A stretch of DNA of 64,000 nucleotides from Antedon mediterranea. Lineage: Eukaryota; Animalia; Echinodermata. The stretch lies in NCBI RefSeq assembly GCF_964355755.1, contig NC_092671.1, forward strand, positions 38,388,304 through 38,452,303. Reading direction: 5' to 3'. Below are positions 12,901 through 25,779 of this stretch, piece after piece. The notes under the pieces are model-generated. The model was given only the letters and a program-made list of their open reading frames with translations, did not search any database and had not been told where the DNA came from. The translations under genes and the position numbers were made by a program. Position 1 is the first letter of the stretch. Each line of letters starts with the position of its first letter.

Positions 12901-13470
12901 TATTCCAATGTCATCTTTAGTCTCCGGCACGTAATCTCAAAGTTGGAGGTCAAAAACGAAGAAGAAATAATTAATAATCTACTCTAAAAAAATTAACCCT
13001 AGCTAGCCTCTAGGCAACATTAAAATGTTCTATCATAACCACATGTTAAACTTTACAATAAATATATTTTATGTGTGAAAGTTTCAAGATTAAAAACAGG
13101 TTAAAATGTTTGAATAATTTTATCTAAATTATGTTTTATCATTTATGGTTGATTAATTCCATACTATTGGTTATAAACAATAACTTAGAATAGTAGTCAT
13201 GCAATAATGATACAAGGACCTATAGCTAACTAAAAGGAAGGAATAACTATTGAAAATTAAATTACTAAATAATTTTATTTAAAAGTTAAGTTAAAGTAAA
13301 GTAAGTTCAAACAGTCCAAACGATATGCAAGCTCCATCGTCCATTGTGCACCGCAAGCAAGAATCAAATTTATGAAAAATTTTCAATTGAATTTTGAATA
13401 ATTTTGGGTTCTCAACAAAAGCAATAAATAAATAAATAAAATAAGCTATAAAAATGTTTGTAAAACTTAC

Positions 13471-13552
13471 CCCCTCCGCCAGTTCCGAACTGTGCGAAAG
13501 CACCAGTGCATATTAAAGCAAGAACACATAATTGGCCTACAAAGCTATTCAT
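13471..13552 (-). CDS. First coding exon (signal peptide) of a secreted VWC + tandem-repeat-domain protein
   Basis: Reverse complement reads ATG..MNSFVGQLCVLALICTGAFA-QFGTGGG+G, then a consensus GTAAGT donor in phase 1. It has a hydrophobic core and an A-F-A cleavage motif, and its phase matches all downstream exons. Not in the ORF track (too short). Confidence 0.85.
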
Positions 13553-13589
13553 TGTGAACAATCTTTGTAAAAGGACCAGAAGGGATGAA

Positions 13590-13800
13590 TACTGCTCTAC
13601 TACTCACTATGGTCGCTTGACACTCATCTTTATACCCACCAACTTCTACGTCATATCACAGTCATCCTTTCTTTCAGCCAATCAGATCCTGCATATGCTT
13701 AATCTTGAGTGCCTGGGAATGCTAAAGTAATACGAAACCCAATTTTTCCACTGATGGAAGTGGGTTTAGTTACATTGCTTATCCTTCGGGATTGGTCGAG
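13590..13800 (-). promoter_or_regulatory. Core/proximal promoter of the minus-strand gene
   Basis: TATAAAG on the minus strand at 13634-13628, about 80 nt upstream of the ATG. CRE-like TGACGT at about 13648-13653. CCAAT boxes at about 13678 and 13791. Confidence 0.6.
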
Positions 13801-16800
13801 GAATCAAGCATTTAGACAGATGAGCAGTTTGGACCTTGTGGATCAAATTGTTTTGCTTTAAATTATGTCTCAGCCATCACAGATTTTTTTTGTATGTTTT
13901 ACACATAACTTTTTGCTGTTAATGCTATTACTATATTGATATAAAATGGCTGTTGTTATCAAACTAATACAATTAAATAAAATAAATGTTTTTGTTTTGT
14001 GTTTAAAATGTTTGAATGTAAAGTTTTTTTTTATTAAAGCATGTAGGAATTAATAAAAGTCCTCAATGGTTAAAGAGTAAATTATAAATTAAAACAAACA
14101 CATTAGTTTTATTTATGTATTGCAAATTTTATTTTGGGATAACTAAAAAGAAAGGAAAGACATATTTAAACATTTCAATCAGAATTTGATCATCAAACTA
14201 TTTTTATTAGTACAGTTTTTACAGATAAATAATATATTAAAATAAAAGTAATAAAATAATAAAATATAATTAAAAAGCATGTACAAGTTGGCTTCACTTT
14301 ATTATTAAAAAATAAATAAAGAAACACAAATCACAATTAAAAATTAGACATTAATAAAATCATACAGAAGAAGTAAAAAATTAGAAAAAAGCTCAAAACA
14401 AGATATAAAAATTAGAGACAATTAAATAAAAAAAAAAAAAAACAATTGCCGCCAAACAAGTAGCAATCTGAGCGTACTAGACTTCCTTCAGACAATGAGC
14501 TCTTAATGACAAAAAAAGCGCAATCCCATAGGAAGCCAGGCATTGAATTGTGAATCCTATGCATCCAGTGTTACACGGAAACGGCCACTGACTCGTTGAT
14601 TTCCTCTAGTCTGTGGTATGGGAAAACCAGCCATTCTAATCCTATGGCTTTATCAAACTAACAATATATTAATTATGTGTAGAAATAAATAATACAAATA
14701 GGTTTCAGTTTTGGTAATTAGACGACAGAAATTACATTTATTTGTTTATCAATAGTTTTCTATTACAGGATATTTCTAATAATACTAATAGGTTTATTAC
14801 AGGATTACTTGATGTTTCTGATAATAGGCTTATTCAAGCCTTTTACAGTCAATTATTCATCAACTTCTATCAGTCATAAACTATTAACTCAAATTAAATC
14901 CAATTAAATTATTTGCACATTATTAAAATTATTTTTAGTTATGAATCATTAACATTTTTTTCTTTGACAATAAAAACTCTAGAAAATTAAATAAATTGTG
15001 TTGACTATTTGATTTATTGAATATTTCGGTGCTTAATTTGATCCTTGACATTGTCGTATTTATTCAACATCATTTATTGTGTAAAGCATCCCCCAAGCAT
15101 TACCTAATAATAGTAATACAGTATAATTAATTACGCTCTTCCCTGGTATAATCATTTACTATATAAAAGATAAGTTCAATTTGTATGAATGGATTTGAAT
15201 GAAATACTAAAAACATTGTATCACCTGTTATTTTTAAAATTGCTTAAATATTTTATTAATTAATTACATTACACTAGGCAGTTACATCCATGCTGCTGTA
15301 GATTAAGTTATATAATTTATTTATCTTAAGTAAACAACATTAAATTTATTATTATTTAATGTCTGTATAAATTAATGTTAAGAAAGTAAGATTCAATTAA
15401 GATTTAAGTTTGACAGGAAAGTCCTTAATTTTATTAAATAAAGTCAACCATATCAATAACTACAAGACACTTGAACAGTTAACCATTTATTATAATACCT
15501 ACTTACATGATTTATATTATTAGGTTGACCAGACATGGACATTTGACCAGACATGAACATACATAATGTTCTGTAATTTAGTTATTTGTGCAAATTTATA
15601 TATTAACTCTTGTTTATATAGATTGCAATGTACTTTGTTAATAGCTTAATTTGATTTAAAGGACATTACTCATAGGCTGCATATGTATGGCATATATGGA
15701 CTTAACAACTGTTTATCAAACCACTAGATGTTAAACATACTAAACAACCTTATTTAATTACTTAGAAGTACAGTATACTTTTATTTCGGACATGGAAAGC
15801 AGTTTTAAATGAAAAAACAAATTGTTAGTTTTTATGGCTTTTAGTTTTAGATATTTTTATTTATCCAAAAATAAGATTAAAGACATTTTTAGCAAAATTT
15901 TCAGGCATAAAAAATGTATTTTAGTAACATTACTAATTGTAAATGTTCATCCAATAAAATTGATATTAATGTTATTTTTTATTTATTTATTTGACATTTA
16001 TGCAGTTAACATTTGGTTTCAGTTAATATAAAGGGCATACGATCAAAACTGAAATAATACCACCATATAGTATTACACTAAATTCTTCAGAAAATGGGGA
16101 AAAATGGAGTATACAAACACTAGACTTCTAGAAACATTTCAGAATTTGATTTTTATTATGTAAAATGCATAGTGAAAATTAGTATAGAATCACTTAATAG
16201 AAATTCATTCAGAATATTACACGATATAGATTTTGTAACGTAGAGACGATGATGATATTCGTTTTAAGTAGAATAGTGAGAAAGTGGGAGAAGGAAGAGG
16301 AAAAGGAGACGAACATTGAGGCTTAGGATAAAGAGGAAGACGGCAGAAAAACAAGAAGGAAGAGAAGGAATGAATGAAGAAAAAGGACAGGGTGAAGGAA
16401 AACAGATAAGAATCAGATAAAGAAGGGATATAGAAAAAAATTAAGAAAGGGGAAAAGAAGAAGGAATCGGGAAAGATAAAACAAATAAAAGAATGATGAT
16501 GATGATGATGATGATTGGATATTGAAATTTCTTCCTATAAATCTAACTTCATAAATACATTTACATTGTGCAGCAGCAAGGATGTTCACTTGTTAAACAA
16601 GCTTATACTGTCTTTGATTGCAAATACCCAATCATCTTCTAAAAGACAGGTAGCATAATATGCTGAATGTTCTTGATTAAATACAATATTATTGAATTAC
16701 AATATAATACTCACGATTATTAGTAGTTATATAGCAATAAATATAGACAGATGAAGAATATTGAAAGGCATGAAATTTAACAGAACACGACAGAATGTCG

Positions 16801-17842
16801 AGTCTCAAGTTAATTATACGCAAGTATTTAAATTGAATATAGGTCCCAATTGGAATAGCACTTGCTGCTATCAGTGTACAGCAACGAGTTCCTTTAAACA
16901 GACATTGATAGACAGAACTAAATGATGACTCGGTCTTAAAAAGCGTTTTAGTAGATGATAGAGAATTTTACTTTAAAAAACACATTTAACATTCAGGTCA
17001 ATTTATATACGGAAAGTTTTTGTTTTACTTTTTTAAATGACCAGGCAGATTAAGAATACTCTGTACTTAATTGAGTACACTCGAACACTGAATTGACAAA
17101 ACAAAATGAGAACTTCTTGAAAAAAAAAACATTTGAGTGTGATATAGAAACAACATAAAACAAAAATAAAGAACATGGCTTGATGAAAAATGTAACTGGG
17201 TTTCGTAAAAAAAAAATTTGCGTAACTTTAAGAATTTTTCCCTGCTGAGAATTGGGGAGAAATCAATCTTCACTCTCAAATAGAAATCAATTAAAGATTT
17301 ATTAGACATAATCTATAAGGCAATAACAACATTACTTACGATCAATTAAAATGTTATTATAGGATGTAGTGGAGACAGCGCCGTATGCCACAGGACTCAT
17401 TGCACATTTTACCTGAGAGAAATAAATAAACGGCATTATAATGTTTAATTCAAATTATTATTTTTATTGTTTAATGTCATATACAAAGAATTACGTCTTT
17501 ATTATTCTAAGATTATTGTTTTTCTTCAACGTTTTGTTTCAATGAATCTGATGAAGGATTTATTAAATTTGTAAATAAGAAAATTAAAAACACAAAAGAT
17601 ACTCTAGTTATAAAGTAAAAATGTTACAAAGTATGTAAATAAAATTTCTATAAAAAAATGTCTAAACTTTGTAAATAAGAAATTAAAAGACGAAAGATAC
17701 TCATTTATAAAGTGAAAATGTTACAAAGTATGTTAAATAAGATTTCTCCCATCTTTTTTATTATTAATTATTTTTAAATATTTATATTATTCATTATAAA
17801 TTATATACAGTATAAAAAATGTAATATTTTATTGTTGTTTAA

Positions 17843-18468
17843 AGCCCCATTCCCTACGTTTTTTAGATCTAATTTAAGATCACAAACTATAATTAATGTA
17901 AAAATAATACTATATGGTCCTATTGCGATAACTTTTTTCGTCTTTAAACGGTTAAAAATGTGAAAAATAAATCGATTCAAATAATTATAGCGGCCCGCTA
18001 TAAATCCCAAAATGCATTGCGCGCGGATTGATATTTTTGTTTTTCACCTGTAATTCGCCCACTTTTCGATCGATCGTGAAGCCAAAACAAATGGAAGACT
18101 CCTAACTTTTCAGCGAAAATACCGGGTTTTCCACAAATTGTATCAACGGAGTCTGGCAAAAATAGAAAGACAATTAATGCAGCAACTATACAACGTCAGG
18201 CTAGGTATATAGCTAGCATACGATGTTCGTACGTTATCGATGTTTACCAGCTAGGCCTACAAAACTAAGCCTAGCTAGGCTAGGCCTAAGACCGTCCACG
18301 AGAGGTTGATCGCCGCGAGCTACTTAGGTAGTGCATTGTTTCTCACTTTTTATCATAATTTACTATAAAACGTACATTTAAGACAAGGAATGACATGGTT
18401 TAATGTTTTTAAAGTGATATATATGTATTATTTTCCAAAAAACGTCCAAAATTGCAGGGAAGGGGTCT
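17843..18468 (+). mobile_element. 626-bp non-autonomous DNA transposon, Kolobok-like (copy 1)
   Basis: TTAA|AGCCCCATTCCCT...AGGGAAGGGGTCT|TTAA: imperfect TIRs, AG..CT ends and TTAA TSD. Near-identical copy at 34942-35567. Confidence 0.85.
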
Positions 18469-18469
18469 T

Positions 18470-18551
18470 TAACTGTCAACTGTTTAACTGTCAACTGTCA
18501 ACTGTTTAACTGCAACTGTTTAACTGCCAACTGTTTAACTGTCAACTGTTG
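18470..18551. repeat. Short tandem repeat (AACTGTC/AACTGTTT)n
   Basis: About 11 alternating 7/8-bp units directly after the element end. Confidence 0.9.
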
Positions 18552-21029
18552 CTATATTTCAACAATGTCATTAGCTGGCATACTGTGTATTGTTCTGAGG
18601 GTCCCTATTGCCAATTTGCAGACGGTACAGCGGTAACAGTAATACAAATATAGAAGCTATGTTATTCCTTATGACCATTTACATAAAACGTGGAGCAACA
18701 GGCGGTTTCTATTGAGGATAGACACAGATTCTATGTGGGAAAAGCTACACAGTTTTCTGCTTAACGTTACCACTCGTCTAAGTAAATTGATAGATTGGTC
18801 ATGAGCAGTGGCTTAATGGACCATCCTCATAAAATAATGCTAAAATGAAATCTCAATATTTAGGTATTAATTGTAAAATAAAAGTATAATAATATTATTA
18901 TACACATATATTATAGAAAACTATATAAATGCGGATGATAAGATATTAAAAATCGAAGACAAAAATAAGTTAAAACTTTTCATGGAGGTATGATAGCTTT
19001 GTAGTAAAAGTAATAAGGTGATTCATGAGACATTTAATCCTTGATTTAAATTAGGTAAACTTTGTTTATTTAATAGAGATTATAGGACTAAATATTAATA
19101 GTGATTACAAACACATCCATGCATTCACAACACATTTAATATTAATGATTGCTTGTTTTACGTCATACAACACATCACTGCTGATGTGTTTTTTCTTTCC
19201 GCGTTTGTTTCTGCTTTTTTTAAACGTGTGGCTCTAAAATGGGGGTCAAAAATAATCCGCCACTGCCAAAAATTGGTTCTTTTCTGTCTAAAACACACTT
19301 TAGGACCTTTTTTTGGTCTAGACTGAATTTGGTGTGATAGATCTAAATGTGTTTTATTTAATGAAAAAAATAAACACAATCAAAAATATCATGTCTCTTT
19401 ATCCTGCAAACTTAGGAAATAAAGTTGCAAAAAAATATTTAAAGTTTCAATATGAACAAAATTAAGGTGTTTCCTGCAGGTCAGAAAAAAACTCTACCCC
19501 AGGTCAGGGCGTCAGGGCAAGGATATAAGGATTTAGAAATATAAATACTTATAAAATGAAAAGTGTAAAAAAGAGAAGTATTTTGAATTAGGATAGTAAA
19601 TATCGATCCTTCACCCAAATTTGTCACAAAAGCTAAGTCAGGAAATACTCAGGGAGGTCAACCAAAGGAAAAGAATTGTTTAAATTTATCATTGAAATAA
19701 TGATAAGAGGTACAGGGAAGCAATAGAGTTATGCTAAATTTATACATTTTGCACTTCGAAAATCGCATACATAATATTACAATGCTCTCTTCTCCAAGTG
19801 AGAGATAAAATAAATGATTTAAATTAAATAAATATTCTATCTAATAATATAAATATGTATTCATTTCTGGCATGCCATTTTATTGTGATACTTTTCTATT
19901 GTTGAATAAAGTGTGTTAAAACAAAGTAAAACTATAAATATATGTTTGAATAACAAACATGAGTTAGATGAAATCTATAATAAACAAGGCATATATCTGA
20001 AAGTAATAAAATAAACATTTTTCTGTCTATATACAGTATTTTCTTCAATTATAAAAATTATTTAAAATAATTTAGGTAATTTATGAAATTAGTCAGATTC
20101 TAAGATAAGAGAAAAAAAAATCTGCTTGGTTGTTTTTTTCAAGGGACATCAACTCTTGCTGACCTTCCTAATCTACAAGACTGACCTGGAGAAAATTAGT
20201 TTGACCATGAAATAAATTGCTGGTTCACTGCTGGGTTTCTGATTAGTTGACAACAATTTTCTACAAGAACAGAAACTTGGGAAGTAAAAAGTCATATTGT
20301 TGAGGAGGGAAATAAGACTCGATTTTACGAGAATACACCCAAACTTTTACAGTGACTTAAGTGGGTGTGGTTGCTACAATATTACATACACTACAGTGGA
20401 CTCCGTTTTAATTTGAATCAGGAATTAGTGAACTCTCTTAATTAATATATACTCTGTGTCCTTGCTTAACTCTGATATAACTCTGATATATCTTTAAGTT
20501 AGAATTTCAAGATGTACTTTTAGACAAGCTTTTCGTGCTTTCTTTCGAAATATTACTGTATCAGATTTTTAAATGTAGAACACATTAAACTGCAATTAAA
20601 CTGCAATTTAACTCCAATAGACTGCAATTTAACTCCGATAGACCGCAATTTAACTCCGATACAGAAAAGGGCGTGTAAATATAGCTATATAGTTAAATTG
20701 TTTAAAAATGCTAGTAGTATGTAAAACAAGTTAGACTCATTTGGAACAGGATGTCAAAATGATAACATGACCTAAAAACATGTTTTATGACTAAAAACTT
20801 TATCACCGGGTTAAATTGCGGTCATGCCTTTTCTGTTTCGCATTTTATTATGCTGCTTTTTTATAGAAAACTGAAATTAAAAAGAGGTTTGTCAGAGAAG
20901 CAGGGAATGAGGTGCAAAAGGCTATCTGAGAAAATTAAAAAATAGACTTACATCAGCGGCAGATCCAGGAGATCTCGGAGATCAGGGCCTAAAAATTGTA
21001 AAATGAGGTGCTAAACCTTTACATTGCAC

Positions 21030-21930
21030 TTTAGGGAGGGGGATGCATATGTCATGTGGATATATATCCTCAGGGAGGGGGGGGGGGGCTTAGTCATGTG
21101 GATATATACTTTCAGGGAGGGGGATGCTTATGTCATGTGGATATATATCTTCAGGGAGGGGGATGCTTATGTCATGTGGATATATACTTTCAGGGAGGGG
21201 ATGCTTATGTCATGTGGATATATACTTTCAGGGAGGGGGATGCTTATGTCATGTGGATATATATCTTCAGGGAGGGGGATGCTTATGTCATGTGGATATA
21301 TACTTTCAGGGAGGGGATGCTTATGTCATGTGGATATATACTTTCAGGGAGGGAGATGCTTATGTCATGTGGATATATACTTTCAGGGAGGGGATGCTTA
21401 TGTCATGTGGATATATACTTTCAGGGAGGGGGATGCTTATGTCATGTGGATATATATCTTCAGGGAGGGGGATGCTTATGTCATGTGGATATATACTTTC
21501 AGGGAGGGGATGCTTATGTCATGTGGATATATACTTTCAGGGAGGGGATGCTTATGTCATGTGGATATATACTTTCGGGGAGGGGATGCTTATGTCATGT
21601 GGATATATACTTTCAGGGAGGGGATGCTTATGTCATGTGGATATATACTTTCGGGGAGGGGATGCTTATGTCATGTGGATATATACTTTCAGGGAGGGGA
21701 TGCTTATGTCATGTGGATATATACTTTCGGGGAGGGGGATGCTTATATTAAAAGTTGATATATGCTTTCAGGGAGGAGGAGGGTTATGTCATGTGGATAT
21801 ATACCTTCAGGGAAGGGGGATGCTTACTGTATGTCATGTAGATATATACTTTCTGGAGGGAGAGACTTATGTTATGTGGATATATATCTTAGGGGATGGG
21901 AGTGATGCTTATGTCATGGATATGGATACA
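21030..21930. repeat. 38-39-bp minisatellite (CAGGGAGGGG[G]ATGCTTATGTCATGTGGATATATACTTT), ~23 copies
   Basis: Direct tandem repetition with degenerate edges. Confidence 0.97.
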
Positions 21931-22472
21931 GGTATATGCTTTTAGGAAGACTGTGTCTAATTTCAGTCTGTTTACTGTGATTTTGTTACATAGTACATAT
22001 TCCCAAATGTCAATACATTAATTGTTACTTGTTTGTTTACTTTGTATATTGTAGTTCTTGGCTCAGCAGATTGAAACTTGTCATGTTCTTTATTCTTTCT
22101 TTTAGATAGTAAAAAGCTCAATTACAAATTTTGTTTTATATCATTTTCTTGCACATGTTTTAAATAAAATGTAAACGCAATTCACGAAAGATATATAAAT
22201 TATATTTCAAAATTGGTAAATAGTAGCAAAACTATCAATTTTATATTATAGTTTCATATTCAAGATGTATTAAATATATTCTAAGAGTGTTAATCATGTT
22301 TTTCCTATTGTGGCTTACTCTAAAGCCATGTTAAACTTTAACTGTTATTTCTTATGTTATCTCTTTCCAACATATTGCTTTTAAAGTGTTACTAAGCAGA
22401 TAAAACAATTATATTCATTAATATAATATATATTACATGATCTAAAACGCTACTACACTTTTACTTTGCTAT

Positions 22473-22487
22473 TTATTATTATTATTA

Positions 22488-22525
<38 letters not shown>
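22473..22525. repeat. (ATT)n microsatellite
   Basis: Direct observation. Confidence 0.95.
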
Positions 22526-22527
<2 letters not shown>

Positions 22528-22653
22528 ACAGAACAGTAATCTGGTACTGAAAGAATATATTATACAATATATCAATTTGATCTCTGTTGTACGTGCATAC
22601 AATTGAGATCCAGCGCTGTTCCGCTGTACAACGCCGAGGACCGTGACCAAGAA

Positions 22654-22740
22654 AGCCTTAGTAGTCTAATGGTTAGGATCTCTGAACATCACGCAGAAGG
22701 TACCGAGTTTAAATCTTTATAGTTTCAGCAGCTTTTTTTC
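22654..22740 (+). pseudogene. Degenerate tRNA-like sequence / SINE head
   Basis: A-box TAGTCTAATGG, Val/Asp-like CACGCAGAAGGT, decayed B-box GAGTTTAAATC, then a T7 run. Stems do not pair well. Confidence 0.45.
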
Positions 22741-23146
22741 AACCTCAGAGATTTTTTAATCTAAATTCAATTAATTAATTTTAAGTATGTTGAAGGTTTA
22801 CAGTTTCTTTATGCTCTGTAAATTAATATAAAGAGTAAATTCACTTGTGGCGTCATCATATTTCATTTATTGCTTTCAGTGACTGAAAGAAAACTATCAC
22901 ATAGCGCATGTCTCTCCAATTTTAAAAGATGTAGCATCTCAGTGTCATTTCTATTTGTTACACAATTCTTCTGTAAATAATGTCAGGTCTGTAGCATGAC
23001 AAATGTCCAATTAATCAGTGTCTTATGGCTATACAAATATTTCCTAGCTATTTGCACGCAAATACAAAACATAAAGATCTGAGCTGTCATCAGTGGATGT
23101 CATGCCCTGGGAATTTGTCATAGCTACTGGATTTGTATGAACTAAT

Positions 23147-23230
23147 GCTCTGTCTACACTATCACACTTTATGTGACAAACAAAATGTTATGTGTCCATA
23201 TATGGACCTGATGATGTCATAACACTATCA
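23147..23230. mobile_element. Partial copy of the AGCTCTGTCTACACTATCAAAC MITE family
   Basis: One TIR plus internal GATGATGTCAT motif shared with 45544-45683. Confidence 0.75.
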
Positions 23231-23809
23231 TTATTTATTGCAATCAAGCATGGAGTAAAAATCAAGTTAGCCGAAAAAGAAAAACGCCAACGAATAAGTG
23301 TTTAAATTTGTGCATGAATTGTAGAGAATCCTATGTTTATTGTCTCAGTATACATGATCAACTCCGTACTAAAGAAAAGCAGTGGCATACCGGCTATGAG
23401 CACTTACTGGCTAAACCCATGGCCCATCACAATATATGGACCACACAACCCACCTGCAAAGTTTCTAAAACTTTTTTAGCGCCTAAAATTATACAAAAGT
23501 GTTGATTGTTTTTTTTCCTAAAGTACTTACAGTAAGCATTACTGTATTAGTTATCTGTAACTTTGTAAGTAGGGCCTACTTGATAAGGTATTTGACACAC
23601 TTAACTAAATCAGAATGTCTTAACCTAGATACTGGTCAGACCAGTAGTGACCATAACTTATGTAAGATTTAGAAGCTTGTTGAGTCAATTGGTAGCTTAA
23701 TCCACTTACTTTTGTAACCTAGATAGCTAATCTTCGGATTACCTAATACCGCTTCTCTGGTTTTTTTTCGTACATTGTCTGTACTTTTTGAAAAAACAGG
23801 TAGCCAGTT

Positions 23810-24110
23810 TTTATTAAGTTATATTAACCTGTTTCTATAAACTATTGAATAGCCTATTATAATAAAATATTATAATTAATTACAAGTAAATTAATTGAAG
23901 TTTGAGTGGATTTCTAAAATTGTTTTTTTTTTGTGTGTAATATTAGTAAAAGTGAAAGTTATTAAGTTGTTTTAACTTGTTACAATAAACTGTTGAATAT
24001 ACAGTACTATTATAATGTAAAATATTATAATTACAAGTAAATTAATTTAAGATAGTGTTTTTAAATTGTTTCTTTTTTTGTGTGTAAAATATTAGTAAAA
24101 GTGAAAGTTA
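23810..24110. repeat. ~165-bp diverged tandem duplication (2 copies)
   Basis: Repeated ..aaaatattataattacaagtaaattaatt..ttttgtgtgtaa..tattagtaaaagtgaaagtta. Confidence 0.8.
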
Positions 24111-25779
24111 CAAGAAAATTAATTGTCATAATCCTCCACCTCCAGTATTCTAAATATAGTAAAAATGTGACGATATAATAAAAATCAAAACCGACTAATA
24201 TCTTACAACCACAAATGTCTTCTCATTTCTCTAATCATAGCGTGAATAACTGGCGCTGATGCAGCTAAATTGTAATAAGGTGCATTCGTATCCTAGGGTC
24301 ACATTGACCAAGTAGCCTAAAGATCACTGGGGTAAATGTGTATTCCTGTCTAGTAATATATTTCAAGCGATAAATATGATATTGATATCATCAGATATCA
24401 GTTTAATATTGTGAATAAACCTCTCAAAATGTGTAATAATTTTCAGAATGATTCTTTCAAATAATTTTTTGTTTCAATATTTTATAAGTTATCATGTATA
24501 ATACCACCAAAATGTGAGTGAGAATCAAAATCGTAAAGCATTTAATGAAACTATAACAAAGTTAATAGTTAAACAAAATCTTAAATTATTAACAAAAATT
24601 GTCGTAACTTTTATGTTAACTGCTTATTGTTTATTGGGATAAGTTAATAAAAAAACAAATAAATAAATAATAATTTGATTTAAAACAGAATGTATACAAT
24701 TTCAGTTTCTAGAAAATGAAAAATGTTTAGCTAAAAAAAAAATGATGTATTGAACAAGTCTACTAATATTTTATATTATATATACAGACTGAGACAGAAT
24801 ACTGTTGATTCATATAAAACATTTGGGAGAAGTTGTTTAACATAATACAGACATACATACCTGTAGGTTAAACAACAGGTGCCAGGTGTAAGGTGGGTTA
24901 AAAATGACAGGCAAACCATATTTGGGGATGACTGGAATGTACTTACATGTTTTAGCTAATATCTCTAGGCAAATGTGCACTGTGGTAACATGGAGCATCA
25001 AAAGAAATTACAATGCAATAGATGAGACAAGTTCGGAATGTAATTTCACAAGTTTAGGCCCTTTCCAACCCCCAGTTATTTTTCAAAATCTTAGATCCTC
25101 TACTAAAGTAGGCCTACTTTGGTAAAATGTTCTACAAAGCATAAACTTGGTATTCATAATGCTCATTCAGAAATCAAAACTTTAAAAAATAATAAATAAA
25201 ACAAACCTGTCACAACATCACTTTATTTAAAATTTTTTTGTGAAACTAATTGTTACATTTTTGCCAAGAAAAACATGATAATATACAGTAATCAAGATTA
25301 ATGTTTGTTCTGTAAAGTAATCTTTTGAATGAAAGAAGCCATGTTTTTGCCAATATGCATCAATACAAGTGGCTTGTCTGTATCACAATTGAGTATTTCA
25401 AAAATTCAAAAAATCTAAAAATCTAAATGATGGATTTATAACCGTTATTTCACGTATGACCTTGCAGATCTGAAATCATTTTTTTCAGCACATTCATACG
25501 AAGTGTTTTTTTTGTAAATTATAAATTGGATAAGTCTATTAAAGCTTTGTCCTTGTAAAGTGATTCGGTTCATCATCGTCGATCGCATGGGACACTTCAC
25601 CGAAGGATACTGAGAGATAACACGGCGCAAACCGCATCCGTGATTCCTTGGCATGAGTGTCTTGTCTGTTGTGTACAATTGAAGTCAGGCAATGCCATGT
25701 TGAGGGATATTTTAATGCCTAACTTTTTCAATTATTTATGATCAAAGTAAGTATGTCTAAATCAAAATACTGACGTAGA

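Noticed and set aside
21024-21945. Three overlapping ORFs of 231-273 aa
   Set aside because: They translate a 38-39-bp minisatellite that lacks stops; frames shift with G-tract length.
25445-25752. GC-richer island with a plus-strand GTAAGT donor at 25747 and a 77-aa minus ORF
   Set aside because: The best frame hits a stop before the donor, no protein is recognisable and no partner exons were found.
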